From: Dehalococcoidia bacterium
Lineage (GTDB): Bacteria; Chloroflexota; Dehalococcoidia; UBA2979
DNA length: 64,000 nt
Assembly: GCA_965262725.1 (NCBI GenBank)
Contig: OZ253555.1
Coordinates: forward strand, 3,541,408 to 3,605,407
Direction: 5' to 3'
Shown here: piece after piece, positions 54,047 through 64,000 of the stretch
How the letters are laid out: each line of letters begins with the position of its first letter
How positions within the stretch are numbered: the stretch's first letter is position 1
Notes under the pieces: generated by a model
What the model saw: only the letters and a program-made list of their open reading frames with translations
What the model was told of the DNA's origin: nothing
Database searches by the model: none
Position numbers and translations under genes: made by a program

Positions 54047-55222
54047 CTAGCGGAGGACCAGGTTGTTGCGGTGGACGACTTCCTCGCCGTACTCGTGGCC
54101 CAGCACCTCCGCGATGCGGCTCGACCGCAGGCCGCGGATGCGGCTGATCTCGTCGGCCGCGTAGTTCGCGATGCCGGTCGCGACACGGCGCCCGGACTCC
54201 GTCTCGACGCGCACGACATCTCCCCGCACGAACTCCCCCTCGACGTCGACCACGCCGGCCGGCAGGAGCGATGTCCCCGACTCCGCGAGCGCGTGCGCCG
54301 CACCCTCGTCGATGCGCACGAGGCCTCGAACGTGCAGCCCGGAGAGGAGGTAGCGCCGGCGGCCGTCGAGGCGAGAGCCGCGCGGGAGGAAGTGCGTCCC
54401 CACCCGCTCGCCGCGCGCGGCGAGCAGCGCCGTGTCGGCGAGGCGGCCGTCGGCAATCACGACGTGCGCGCCGTAGGCGGTGGCAACCTCCGCCGCCTCG
54501 ACCTTCGTCACCATCCCTCCGCGCCCAAGCCGGCCGGGCGTCCCCCGCGCCGCCTCCCTGACGCCGCCGTCGATGGTCGTCACGCACTCGATGAGCGTCG
54601 CATCGGGGTCCCGGGCGGGATCGGCGGTATAAAGCCCGCCGGTGTCAGTGAGGATGAGCAGGAGATCGGCGTCGACGAGGTTGGCCACCTGCGCGGAGAG
54701 GGAGTCGTTGTCCCCGAGCACGGAGTCCTGGATCTCGTCGACGGCGACGACATCATTCTCGTTCACCACCGGCAGCACGCCCCGATCGAGGAGCGTGAGC
54801 AGGGTCGTGCGCGCGTTGAGGTAGCCGCGCCGGTCGGCGAGGTCGGTACGCGTCAGGAGTGCCTGCGCCACCACGATCTCCTCTGCCTCGAAGTGGCGGT
54901 CCCACGCGGCCAGCAGGCGCCCCTGCCCGACCGCCGCCAGCGCCTGCCGGGAGCGAACGTCGCTCCCTGCGGCGTGCTCGCCGAGGCGCTGCCGTCCGGC
55001 CGCGATCGCCCCGGAGCTCACGAGGATGACGCCGGCACCCTTCGCCCGGAGGGCCGCCACCTGGACCACGACGCGGCGGAGCGCCGCGTGATCGATACTC
55101 TCCCCGCCCGCCGTGAGCAGGTTGGTCCCCACCTTGACGACGATGCGCTCGTAGACGAGCGCGGCGGCGCCCGCCTGGGTGCCCGCGTCGAGCCCCGACT
55201 CGCCGCCACTGCTATCGGGCAT
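54047..55222 (-). CDS. proB: Glutamate 5-kinase with PUA domain
   Basis: Lower part of ORF 54047..55567, from ATG 55220-55222. IVVKVGTNLLT, VNENDVVAVDE. C-terminal PUA LLPAGVVDVEGEFVRGDVV. Confidence 0.95.
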   Translation of the reverse strand: MPDSSGGESGLDAGTQAGAAALVYERIVVKVGTNLLTAGGESIDHAALRRVVVQVAALRAKGAGVILVSSGAIAAGRQRLGEHAAGSDVRSRQALAAVGQGRLLAAWDRHFEAEEIVVAQALLTRTDLADRRGYLNARTTLLTLLDRGVLPVVNENDVVAVDEIQDSVLGDNDSLSAQVANLVDADLLLILTDTGGLYTADPARDPDATLIECVTTIDGGVREAARGTPGRLGRGGMVTKVEAAEVATAYGAHVVIADGRLADTALLAARGERVGTHFLPRGSRLDGRRRYLLSGLHVRGLVRIDEGAAHALAESGTSLLPAGVVDVEGEFVRGDVVRVETESGRRVATGIANYAADEISRIRGLRSSRIAEVLGHEYGEEVVHRNNLVLR

Positions 55223-55334
55223 GACCCCTCCGACGCGTTCGAGACGCGATATCCCTAGGATGGTCGAGCATCGACGTGCGGTCGAGCGTGGCGGACGAGC
55301 GACCCTTGGGCGCGACGCCCCGGAGGGCGAGAGG

Positions 55335-57164
55335 ATGACCGGAGCAACGCGCTCGCCGCGCCGGGCACTCTGCGTCGCGTTGGCGGCGCTCGCCTCCGTG
55401 CTTCTGCTCGCCTCCTGCGGCGACGGGCGGGGCGAGGACGACGCCGCCGAGACGACGGATGCGATCCTCCGGACGCTCACGGAGAACGCCGACGCCTTCG
55501 CGTACGCGATCGGGATGCCGGGCGGCACGCTCACCTCCTCGACCCTCGGCGGCCCCCTCACGTTCAATCCGGCGCTGGCGAACGATGCCTATTCGTCCGG
55601 CCTCTTGAGCCATCTCTTCGAGGGCCTGACCCGGACCTCCTGGCTGACCGACGAGGTCGAGCCGGCGCTGGCCGACTCCTGGGAGCACTCGGAGGACGGC
55701 CTGACGTGGACCTTCCACCTCCGCCGCGACGTGACGTGGCACGACGGCGAACCGTTCACGGCGCGTGATGTGGAGTTCACCTTCAACCGCATCATCTACA
55801 ACGAGCAGATCCCGACCGGCGGCCGCGCCTCCTTCGTCTTCCGCTACCTCGACGCGAACGGCGCGTGGGTCGAGGAGGCGATGGCCGTGACGGCCGTCGA
55901 CGACTACACCGTCCGCATCGTGCTGCCCACGCCGTTCGCCCCCTTCACCCGGACGATGGGGGCGGAGATCTACCCCCGCCACATCCTCGAGCCGCACGTC
56001 GAGGACGGCACCTTCAACTCCGTCTGGGGCGTGGACTCGGACCCGACGAGCGTGGTCGGCACGGGGCCCTTCACCATCGAGCGCTACGAGCCCGATGAGC
56101 GCGTCGTGCTCCGGCGCAACCCGCACTACTGGCTGACCGACGCCGACGGAAACAGCCTCCCGTACCTCGAGAGAATCGAGCACCTCATCGTCGACGACAT
56201 CGAGGCGGAGCGTGAGAAGTTCGTCGCCGGCGAGACCGATGTACACGGGGTCACAGGCGAGGACTTCGCCGATCTGAGCCGGCGCGCAGAGGACGGCGAC
56301 TTCGCCATCCACCGCCGCGGCCCCGCCTTCGGCACCACCTTCCTCGTCTTCAACATGAACCCCGGCGTGAGCCCGGCGAGTGGTGCACCCCACGTCGCTC
56401 CGGAGAAGCTCGCCTGGTTCACCGACGCGCAGTTCCGCCGGGCGATCGCGCACAGCATCGACCGGGAGGCGATCGTCGCCGAGGCCATGGACGGCCTCGG
56501 TTATCCGCAATGGGCTTCGATCAGCCCGTCCGCCGGTGACTTCCACAACCCGAACGTCCGAAAGTACGAGTACGACGTCGAGGCTGCGAACCACATCCTC
56601 GACGGCCTCGGATGGCTGGATCGGGACGGCGACGGCGTGCGCGAGGACGCAGACGGCAACCCGATCGAGTTCGGGCTGGTCACCAATGCGGGGAACAGCG
56701 TGCGCGAACGGGTCGCGATGCTGATCGACGAGGGACTCGATGCGATCGGCGTGCACGCCATCTACCGCCCGGTAGAGTTCGGCGACCTCCTGGCGCGGCT
56801 GACCGACTCCTACGAGTGGGAGGCCGTCGTGATCGGACTCACCGGAGGCACGGAGCCCCACGGCGGTATCAACGTCTGGCACAGCAGTTCCGACCTGCAT
56901 CTCTGGAACCCGGGGCAGGAGCGCCCGGCGACAGAGTGGGAGGCGCGGATCGACGAGCTCTACGTCCTCGGCAGCCAGGCGCTCGACCGCGACCTGCGTG
57001 TGGAGCACTACCACCGAGCCCAAGCGATCGCCGCCGAGGAGGTTCCGCTCATCTACACGACGCTGCCCGAGCGCCTCACCGCGGTGCGGAACGTCTTCGG
57101 CAACACGACGCCGACGCTCTACGGTCTCTGGGACCTCCGCTACCTCTACCGAACGGATCGCTGA
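55335..57164 (+). CDS. ABC transporter substrate-binding protein, family 5 (peptide/nickel type), lipoprotein
   Basis: Lower part of ORF 55179..57164, from ATG 55335 after GGAGGGCGAGAGG. Lipobox LLLASCG. No permease or ATPase genes adjacent. Confidence 0.85.
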   Translation: MTGATRSPRRALCVALAALASVLLLASCGDGRGEDDAAETTDAILRTLTENADAFAYAIGMPGGTLTSSTLGGPLTFNPALANDAYSSGLLSHLFEGLTRTSWLTDEVEPALADSWEHSEDGLTWTFHLRRDVTWHDGEPFTARDVEFTFNRIIYNEQIPTGGRASFVFRYLDANGAWVEEAMAVTAVDDYTVRIVLPTPFAPFTRTMGAEIYPRHILEPHVEDGTFNSVWGVDSDPTSVVGTGPFTIERYEPDERVVLRRNPHYWLTDADGNSLPYLERIEHLIVDDIEAEREKFVAGETDVHGVTGEDFADLSRRAEDGDFAIHRRGPAFGTTFLVFNMNPGVSPASGAPHVAPEKLAWFTDAQFRRAIAHSIDREAIVAEAMDGLGYPQWASISPSAGDFHNPNVRKYEYDVEAANHILDGLGWLDRDGDGVREDADGNPIEFGLVTNAGNSVRERVAMLIDEGLDAIGVHAIYRPVEFGDLLARLTDSYEWEAVVIGLTGGTEPHGGINVWHSSSDLHLWNPGQERPATEWEARIDELYVLGSQALDRDLRVEHYHRAQAIAAEEVPLIYTTLPERLTAVRNVFGNTTPTLYGLWDLRYLYRTDR

Positions 57165-57270
57165 TCGCCGGCTGAGCCGTGCACCACGGTGGCGCCACCG
57201 CGGCCGGGCTGCGGGCTCAGCCGCCCGGCGACCCCCGGCGGCAGCTCCCCGGCAGCGGGCGACGGCGGCG

Positions 57271-60200
57271 CTAGGTCGCGGGGACGAGAGCCAGCATCAA
57301 GTCGTCGCCACCGATGGAGACCTCGGTCGTCGCGGCGCCGGGCGGCGCCGCCGCCCCCGGATCGAGCGGCTCGAGGGTGAGCGCGAGCGTCTCCTCCGCG
57401 ATCCAGCGGCCGTGCTCGCGGAGGGCGCGCGCGAGAGTCTCGGGGACCCTGTAGCGGACGTGGATGCGGGCGGAGACGTCGAGCCCCGCGGAGCGACGCA
57501 GCTCCTGCAGGCGTCTCACGAACTCGCGGGCGGTGCCCTCCGCCTGAAGCTCCGGGGTCACGGTGAGGTCGAGCAACGCCATGTAGCCCGCCTCCTCGGC
57601 GGCGGCCCAGCCCGCGCTTGGCTCCACGTCCACGACGATCTCGCCCGCGCCCAGCGTCACACCGCCGACCTCCACCGGCTCGCCCGCCCGCATGCGCGCC
57701 ACGATCGCCTGAGCGTCGGCCGCCTCCAGGGCTCCGCGCAGCCGACCGACGCCGGAGCCGAGCCGGGGCCCGAGCGTGGGGAGGTGCGGCCGCAACCGGT
57801 AGGCCACGCGGTCGCCGGCCGACTCGGCGACGTCGACGTCCTTCACGTTGAGCTCCTCGGCGATCTCCGAGCGGAGGCGCTCGATCCCAGCGCGCTCCTC
57901 TCCCGAGCGCGGGATCAGGACCGCGCGGGCGAGCGGCTGGCGGACGCGCACCTTCGCCCGCTGACGCGCGCCGCGCCCCAGCGAGACCATGCGCTGCACC
58001 ACCGCCATCTCCTCGGCGAGACCCGTATCGATCGCCGCGCGGTCCAGCTCCGGCCACGCGTCGAGGTGCACCGAGTCCGGCGCGCCCGCAACCCGGCCCC
58101 GCACCAGATTCTGGTAGAGCGCGTCGGCGACGAAGGGCATGAACGGCGCGCAGAGCCGCGCCACCGTCGTCAGGCACTCGTAGAGAGTCGACAGCGCCGC
58201 CTGCGTGTCGGCGGAGTCGTTCGAGCGCCAGAAGCGCCGGCGGCCCCGGCGCACGTACCAGTTCGAGAGCTGGTCCACGAACTCCGCGATGGGCCTCGCC
58301 GCATCGGCGGGCTCGTACGCCTCCAGGGCATCGGTGACGCGCTCGACGGTCCGGTGGAGCTCCGAGCGCACCCAGCGGTCGAGGTCGGTGCGCCCCTCCG
58401 CTGACGGCGGCGCCGCCGGGTCGAAGTCGGCGAGGTTCGCGTAGGTGACGAAGAACGAGTACGTGCTCCAGAGAGTGGAGAGCACGCGCCGGGAGCTCTC
58501 GCCCACCAGCTCGGTGGAGAACCGCCGCGAGTTGCCCGGCGGCGCCGCCGTGTACATGTACCAGCGCGTCGCGTCCGCCCCGTGCTCGTCGAGGACGGAG
58601 AACGGATCCACCACGTTGCCGCGCGACTTCGCCATCTTCTGCCCGTCGCCGTCGAGGATGATCCCCACCGAGATCACGTTTCGGTAGGCGATCCCCTCCG
58701 GCACGGCCTCCGCGCGGTGAAGCAGCGTGGCGAGCGCGTGCAGCGTGTAGAACCAGCCGCGCGTCTGATCCATGCCCTCGCAGATGTAGTCGGCCGGGAA
58801 GCGCTCGCCGAAGGTCGCCTCGCCCTCGAAAGGGTAGTGCCACTGCGCGTAGGGCATCGCGCCCGAGTCGAACCACGCGTCGGCCACCTCGGGGACGCGC
58901 CGCATCTCCGAGGAGCACGAATGGCAGGGCATCGTGATCTCGTCGACGTAGGGGCGGTGCGGGTCCTCGATCTCGGCGTCCGCGCCCGATCGCTGCGCCA
59001 GCTCCGCGAACGAGCCGATGCACTCGACCTCCCCGCAGCCGTCGCAGAGCCAGAGCGGGAGCGGTGTGCCCCAGTAGCGCTCCCGCGAGACCGCCCAGTC
59101 GACGTTCGACTGAAGCCACTCGCCGAAGCGCCCGTCGCGCACGTTCGTCGGGACCCAGCGGATCTGGTCGCGGTTGTGCGCGACGAGTGCGTCGCGCACG
59201 GCCGTCGTCCGGATGTACCAGGACGGCTTCGCGTAGTAGAGGACGGGCGTGCCGCACCGCCAGCAGAACGGATAGGTGTGCCGGATCGTGCCCGCCTGCC
59301 AGAGGAGCCCGCGCCGGTCGAGATCCGCGACGATCTCGGAGTCGGCGTCCTTCGCGAAGCGCCCGGAGAAGGGACCGCCCACGAACTCTCCGCTCGGAGC
59401 GACGTGCTGGATGAAGAGCAGCGACTCCCCGCGCCCCACCCCGTAGTCGTCCTCCCCGAAGGCGGGCGCGACGTGCACGATGCCCGTGCCCCCTCCCTCC
59501 CCGGGCTCGGTCTCGACGAAGTCGGCGCCGACCACCCGGCGGGCGCGTCGCTCCTCGCCCGGCTCGATTGAGCGCGACCCGTCCCGCCCGAGCAGAAGCG
59601 GCTCGACACCCTCCCACCCGCTCGCCTCGTAGAGCGGCTCGTACCCCAGCCCGACGAGCTCCGAGCCATCGACGCGCGCGAGGATGTCCGGCTCGCCGAG
59701 AACCGACGGGAGCAGCCGCTCCGCGACGATCAGCCGCTCCCGGGAGCCGCCCTCCTCCCGCTCGGCGAGCACGTAGCCCGCGGCGGGGTCCACGGCGAGG
59801 CCCGTGTTGCCGGGGAGCGTCCACGGCGTCGTCGTCCACGCGAGGATCGCCGTCGGCACGCCGTCTGCCAGGCGCAAGGCGCCGGGCGCCTCCGGGTTCG
59901 CCGCCTCATCGAGGCGAAAGCGAACGGTGACCGAGGGATCGGGCGTCTCCTCGCGGTAGCCGAGCGCCACCTCGTGCGAGGACAGGCTCGTCTCGCAGCG
60001 GGGGCAGTGCGGCGTGACGCGGAAGTCGCGGAACATCAGGTCGCGGTCCCAGAGCTGCCTGAAGATCCACCAGCAGCTCTCGACGTATTCGCGGTGGTAC
60101 GTGACGTAGGGGTCGTCGGTGTCGATCCAGAACCCGATACGCTCGGTCAGCTCCTTGAACTCCCGGACGTAGCGGAAGACGGACTCACGGCACCGCCGGT

Positions 60201-60633
60201 TGAAGGCCTCGATGCCGTAGGCCTCTATGTCGCGCTTGGTCGAGAGCCCGAGCTCGCGCTCGACCTCAAGCTCCACCGGGAGGCCGTGCGTGTCCCACCC
60301 CCCCTTCCGGGGGACGCGATAGCCGCGCATCGTCCGGTAGCGCGGGATCAGGTCCTTGAAGACGCGGGCCAGCACGTGGTGGATCCCCGGGGAGCCGTTC
60401 GCCGTCGGCGGACCCTCGTAGAAGGAGAAGACGCGATCGGCGGGGCGCTCCTCGACCGAGCGGCGGAAGATGTCGCGCTCCCGCCACACCGCGAGGATGC
60501 GCGCCTCCAACTCCGGGAACGAGACGTGCGTGGGAACGGGATCGAATCGGCCCCGGGCGCTCGCCGGGGCCGCACCGCCACCCGACGCGGCCTCCGACCC
60601 GACACCTGCGCTCATCGCTGGGCCCACATCCAT
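57271..60633 (-). CDS. ileS: Isoleucine--tRNA ligase (long, type-2-like)
   Basis: ORF 57271..60633. PPTANGSPGIHHV, KMAKSRGN. The true start may be ATG 60613-60615. Confidence 0.97.
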   Translation of the reverse strand: MDVGPAMSAGVGSEAASGGGAAPASARGRFDPVPTHVSFPELEARILAVWRERDIFRRSVEERPADRVFSFYEGPPTANGSPGIHHVLARVFKDLIPRYRTMRGYRVPRKGGWDTHGLPVELEVERELGLSTKRDIEAYGIEAFNRRCRESVFRYVREFKELTERIGFWIDTDDPYVTYHREYVESCWWIFRQLWDRDLMFRDFRVTPHCPRCETSLSSHEVALGYREETPDPSVTVRFRLDEAANPEAPGALRLADGVPTAILAWTTTPWTLPGNTGLAVDPAAGYVLAEREEGGSRERLIVAERLLPSVLGEPDILARVDGSELVGLGYEPLYEASGWEGVEPLLLGRDGSRSIEPGEERRARRVVGADFVETEPGEGGGTGIVHVAPAFGEDDYGVGRGESLLFIQHVAPSGEFVGGPFSGRFAKDADSEIVADLDRRGLLWQAGTIRHTYPFCWRCGTPVLYYAKPSWYIRTTAVRDALVAHNRDQIRWVPTNVRDGRFGEWLQSNVDWAVSRERYWGTPLPLWLCDGCGEVECIGSFAELAQRSGADAEIEDPHRPYVDEITMPCHSCSSEMRRVPEVADAWFDSGAMPYAQWHYPFEGEATFGERFPADYICEGMDQTRGWFYTLHALATLLHRAEAVPEGIAYRNVISVGIILDGDGQKMAKSRGNVVDPFSVLDEHGADATRWYMYTAAPPGNSRRFSTELVGESSRRVLSTLWSTYSFFVTYANLADFDPAAPPSAEGRTDLDRWVRSELHRTVERVTDALEAYEPADAARPIAEFVDQLSNWYVRRGRRRFWRSNDSADTQAALSTLYECLTTVARLCAPFMPFVADALYQNLVRGRVAGAPDSVHLDAWPELDRAAIDTGLAEEMAVVQRMVSLGRGARQRAKVRVRQPLARAVLIPRSGEERAGIERLRSEIAEELNVKDVDVAESAGDRVAYRLRPHLPTLGPRLGSGVGRLRGALEAADAQAIVARMRAGEPVEVGGVTLGAGEIVVDVEPSAGWAAAEEAGYMALLDLTVTPELQAEGTAREFVRRLQELRRSAGLDVSARIHVRYRVPETLARALREHGRWIAEETLALTLEPLDPGAAAPPGAATTEVSIGGDDLMLALVPAT

Positions 60634-60651
60634 CCGCGCGAGGCGCGCCGG

Positions 60652-61119
60652 CTATTGCGGGAGGCGGACGGCCCCCCCGGAGGCATCCCGCCCCGAGTCC
60701 GGACCGGGGCCCTCCAGCGCCACCGCCGGCGAGGATGAGCCGCTGCGCGAGGCGGCGTGGACGGCGGCCGCCTGATCCGCCGCCTCCTGCTTGGTGCGAA
60801 CGTCGTTGTAGCAGCCGGAGCAGTAGACCGGCCTGTCCCCGCGCGGGACGAACGGCACCTCCGTCAGCTGACCGCACTGCGCGCAGCTCGCGACGTGGAG
60901 CTGCCGCGGGGTGCGGCCGCCCCAGGAGGCGAAGACGCCGTAGTTCGGCGACTCGTCCCGATCCTCCGGGCGCATCATTTTTCGGGTCGCCCGGCACGAG
61001 GGGCACCTCACCGGGTCGTGCTGAAGCCCCTTGCTCGCGTAGAACTCCTGCTCTCCGGCCGTGAAGACGAAACCACCGCCGCAATCGCGGCAGGTCAACT
61101 CGCGGTCCTGAAACGCCAT
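60652..61119 (-). CDS. Zinc-ribbon protein (zf-trcl-like N-terminus plus CxxC-x17-CxxC module)
   Basis: Lower part of ORF 60652..61176, from ATG 61117-61119. CRDCGGGFVFTAGEQEFYASKG..CPSC and CAQC-17 aa-CSGC, counted by hand. Confidence 0.75.
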   Translation of the reverse strand: MAFQDRELTCRDCGGGFVFTAGEQEFYASKGLQHDPVRCPSCRATRKMMRPEDRDESPNYGVFASWGGRTPRQLHVASCAQCGQLTEVPFVPRGDRPVYCSGCYNDVRTKQEAADQAAAVHAASRSGSSSPAVALEGPGPDSGRDASGGAVRLPQ

Positions 61120-61276
61120 GCTCGCTCCTCGTCCGGCGGGCCCGGCCCGCCCAGCCCCCCATCCGAAGCACGCCACCCGCTCTGGGGAAGGGCCGCCGAG
61201 CGTGGGGCTGGCTGGACGCCGCCGCGCGCCGTGGCCACCGACAGTGTATCAGCGCCCCCCGGCGGAGCGGCGATCT

Positions 61277-63001
61277 CTAGCGGCCGAGCCGAGCCAGCAG
61301 GCGCGTCGCCTCCTCGCTGCGCACGAGCAGCGCGACCGCCACGTAGGAGAGCAGCCCCGCGAGGCCGGCGAGCACGAGCACCACCGCGGCGCCCTCGGCC
61401 GTCTCCGCGTCCGCCCCGGCCACCGCCAGCAGCAGCCGCATCAGCACGACCACCTCGACCATCACGATGGTGGCCGCGACGGTGCGCCAGACGGAGCCGA
61501 CGAGGGAGCCCGGCCACCGCCGCGCCGCCGGGCTCAGGCCGCCGAGTCGCTGGGAGAGCAGCCGCACGAGCAGCGCGAATTCCAGGATCGCCGCTATCGA
61601 CGCGGCGGCGGCGAGCCCTCGCACGCCGAAGGGCCCTACCAGGGCCCAGCACAGGGCCGCGTTGAGGACCGTGGCCAGGACGGTGACCTTCACCGGCGTG
61701 CGCGTGTCGGAGAGTGCGTAGAACCCCCTGCTCACTATCTCTATGCCCGCATGGGCGAAGACCGCGACGGCGTACACGGCGACAATGCTCGCCACGAGCT
61801 CGCTCGAGGCCCGATCGAAGGCGCCGCGCTGGAGCAGGACGCGGACGATCGGATCAGCCAGCACCAGCAATCCGGCCGACGCCGGCACAGCGAGGAAGAG
61901 AATCGTGCCGAGGGCCCGCCCGAGCGAGACGGCGAGCGTCCCCATCTGCCGCGCCGCCGCCTGCTGCGCCAGCAGCGGGAACGCCGCCGTCGAGATGGCC
62001 ATGCCCGCGACCGCCACCGGCATCATCATCAGCAGGAAGGCGTAGGAGACGGCGTTGATTGCCTCGTCGGAGACGAAGGAGGCGAAGAAGATGACGATCA
62101 CGAGGTTCAGCTGCGACGCGCCGAGACCGATCACGCGCGGACCCGCGAGCCTGAGCACTTCGCGCACGGGCCCGGAGGCGAGATCGAACACGGGCCGCCA
62201 GCGCATCCCCACCGCGGCGAGCGCCGGCAGCTGCACCAGCAGGTGGAGCCCCGACCCCACGACGACCCCGACGGCGAGGCCCCGGACGCCCATCGGCCCG
62301 GCCAGAAACAGTGCACCCATGATGATGGAGGCGTTGTAGAAAAGCGGCGCGAGCGCCGGCGCGACGAAGTGCTGCCGGGCGTTGAGAATGCCGGTCAGCA
62401 TTCCGGAAATGCCGAAGAAGATGGGCGAGAGCAGCATGATCCGCGTGAGCTCAACGGCGAGGGATTCAATCTCTGCCTCGCGACCGCCGCCCTCGCCGAG
62501 CCCCGGAGCGATCAGCGGCACGATCCACGGCGCCAGCACGAAGGCGCCGACCGCGACCACCAGGGTCACGAGGCTGATCAGGTTGAGCACGCCGGAGGCG
62601 AGCTCCCACCCGGCGTCGGCGCTCTCCCGGAGGCGCACCCGTGAGAAGACGGGGATGAACGCCGCGGAGAGGGTCGCGCCGGCGAGCAGCTGGAAGACGA
62701 GGTCGGGGATGCGGAAGGCGACCCAGTAGGCGGCGAGCTCGGGTTCGGTGCCGAAGGCGTCGGCGATCACCACCGATCGCAACAGCCCCAGGAGCCGCGA
62801 GAGGAGGAAGCCCGCCGCGACGACGCCGGCCGCCCAAGCCACGCCCTGCTCCACCACGCCGCGGGCGAGGAACCGCCGCAGCCGTGACACGGATGCCTCG
62901 CTCGGCTCCGCGCCGGCGAGCGGCCCCTCCCGGGAGTCCCGGCGCGGCCGCGCGACGCTCGCATCGTCGGAAGCGGCGCCGTCGGGCGGAGGTTCACGCA
63001 T
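61277..63001 (-). CDS. murJ: Lipid II flippase MurJ
   Basis: Lower part of ORF 61277..63313, from ATG 62999-63001. SRLLGLLRSVVIADAFG, AFRIPDLVFQLLAGATLSAAFIPVFS. Many TM helices. Confidence 0.9.
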   Translation of the reverse strand: MREPPPDGAASDDASVARPRRDSREGPLAGAEPSEASVSRLRRFLARGVVEQGVAWAAGVVAAGFLLSRLLGLLRSVVIADAFGTEPELAAYWVAFRIPDLVFQLLAGATLSAAFIPVFSRVRLRESADAGWELASGVLNLISLVTLVVAVGAFVLAPWIVPLIAPGLGEGGGREAEIESLAVELTRIMLLSPIFFGISGMLTGILNARQHFVAPALAPLFYNASIIMGALFLAGPMGVRGLAVGVVVGSGLHLLVQLPALAAVGMRWRPVFDLASGPVREVLRLAGPRVIGLGASQLNLVIVIFFASFVSDEAINAVSYAFLLMMMPVAVAGMAISTAAFPLLAQQAAARQMGTLAVSLGRALGTILFLAVPASAGLLVLADPIVRVLLQRGAFDRASSELVASIVAVYAVAVFAHAGIEIVSRGFYALSDTRTPVKVTVLATVLNAALCWALVGPFGVRGLAAAASIAAILEFALLVRLLSQRLGGLSPAARRWPGSLVGSVWRTVAATIVMVEVVVLMRLLLAVAGADAETAEGAAVVLVLAGLAGLLSYVAVALLVRSEEATRLLARLGR

Positions 63002-63040
63002 CCGCTCGATCCTGAGCGTGAGCCGCGCGGGAGGCAAGGA

Positions 63041-63069
63041 TGGACGGCGCCGCGCCGCGCCGCTACGAT
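63041..63069 (+). promoter_or_regulatory. Candidate rpsT promoter, TGGACG - 17 nt - TACGAT
   Basis: -35 at 63041-63046, -10 at 63064-63069, 44 nt upstream of ATG 63113 (SD GGAG). Confidence 0.4.
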
Positions 63070-63112
63070 CGCTCCGGCGCCGACGCGGGCGCCCACGAAT
63101 CGCGGAGACGAG

Positions 63113-63382
63113 ATGGCGAATTCGGCCCAGGCCCTCAAGCGCGTGCGCCAGAATGCACGCCGCGCGGCGCGGCTCCGGCCGTACCGCACCCGTGCGTCGC
63201 GGGCCGTGCGGGACGCGCGGGAGGCGATCGCCGGCGGCGCGCCCGAGGCGGCCGAACTCGTCAGGGCCGCTCAGTCCGCACTCGATCGAGCGGCGCGGCG
63301 CCACATTCTCCACCCCAACGCCGCCGCGCGGCGCAAGTCTCGCCTCGCCGGGCAGCTCCGACGCAGCACGACCGCCGACTAG
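63113..63382 (+). CDS. rpsT: 30S ribosomal protein S20
   Basis: ORF 63113..63382. MANSAQALKRVRQNARRAARLRPYR. Confidence 0.95.
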   Translation: MANSAQALKRVRQNARRAARLRPYRTRASRAVRDAREAIAGGAPEAAELVRAAQSALDRAARRHILHPNAAARRKSRLAGQLRRSTTAD

Positions 63383-63462
63383 CCCGCCGGCCCCCGTCGA
63401 GGCCGCAGCACTCGACTCGCGCGCGCGACGGCCGGGGCAGCGCTAGGGGGCGGGAGCGAGCC

Positions 63463-64000
63463 ATGCGGGCGACGATCTTCCACCGACCCGGCGAGGTCAC
63501 CGTCGAGGAGCGGGCAGCGCCCGAGCCGGGTCCCGGCGAGCTCAGACTGACGATCGCCGCGGCGGCGCTGTGCGCCTCGGACGTCCGCGTCTACCGGGGG
63601 GAGAAATACGCCGCCCCCGGCGTCGTCCCGGGTCACGAACTCGCCGGCGTCGTCGACGCCCTCGGAGAGGGCGTGGAGGGGTACGCACTCGGCGATCGCG
63701 TCGTGGTCTGCCCGATCCTCGCCTGCGGCCGGTGCCGCTTCTGCGCCCGGGGCCGGCGAAACCGGTGCATCGCGCGGCGGACGCTCGGCTACGACCTGGA
63801 CGGCGGCTTCGCGGAGCAGATGACGGTCCCCGCGGAGCTCGTCGCCCTCGGCCACGTGCTGAGGGTGCCGCCGGCCCTGCCGCTCTCCATAGCGGCGATC
63901 ACCGAACCCGTCGCCTGCACCCTCAACTCCCTCGATCTGCTCGACGTGCGGCCGGGCACCTCGATCGCGATCCTCGGCGCCGGGCCGATGGGCCTTCTCC
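63463..64000 (+). CDS. Zinc-dependent MDR alcohol/threonine dehydrogenase-like oxidoreductase; the 3' end runs off the window
   Basis: Own translation from ATG 63463: MRATIFHRPGEVTVEER...CASDVRVYRG...GHELAGVV...CGRCRFCARGRRNRC...LGAGPMGL. Not in the ORF track because no stop occurs before the window end. Confidence 0.85.
   Translation, partial: MRATIFHRPGEVTVEERAAPEPGPGELRLTIAAAALCASDVRVYRGEKYAAPGVVPGHELAGVVDALGEGVEGYALGDRVVVCPILACGRCRFCARGRRNRCIARRTLGYDLDGGFAEQMTVPAELVALGHVLRVPPALPLSIAAITEPVACTLNSLDLLDVRPGTSIAILGAGPMGLL

Overview
This is a very GC-rich (about 70% or more by eye), tightly packed bacterial chromosomal segment made up almost entirely of housekeeping genes, mostly on the minus strand. 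Gene order from left to right:
- MoxR / DUF58 / Bat-like membrane protein / VWA operon (runs off the left edge)
- dnaE
- lysC-thrB-tmk, an R3H AAA ATPase, a GNAT-like gene, then pdxT-pdxS
- plus-strand block: phosphoesterase, small membrane protein plus USP, two TrkA genes, pheA, Fpg/Nei glycosylase and an orphan ORF
- HNH endonuclease, cvpA, a membrane protein, a zinc-ribbon/LysM protein
- an intact IS5-family element
- rplL-rplJ-rplA-rplK-nusG-secE-rpmG-tuf, preceded by tRNA-Thr/Tyr/Thr
- cysS-cysE, ispF-ispD
- an uncharacterised radical SAM gene and an ABC-2 exporter
- rpoC-rpoB
- a less conserved block: DinB-like, lipoprotein, hypothetical, zincin-like
- glycerate kinase, HAD hydrolase, proA-proB, an orphan peptide-binding protein, ileS, a zinc-ribbon protein, murJ, rpsT and the start of an MDR dehydrogenase.

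I found no CRISPR array, no rRNA and no convincing new multi-gene system. The observations most worth a second look are:
- an IS5-type element inserted exactly on the rplL stop codon with a CTAG duplication
- decayed IS481-like fragments bracketed by a 13-bp direct repeat downstream of dnaE
- CTAG confined to stop codons, with three convergent gene pairs sharing one CTAG
- a terminator-like attenuator in the rplJ leader
- a roughly 175-aa insertion in RpoC, plus several uncharacterised small or orphan genes.

All family assignments come from reading the translations and recalling motifs. No database search was run. Many long ORFs in the supplied track are antisense or alternate-frame artefacts of the GC content and were discarded.
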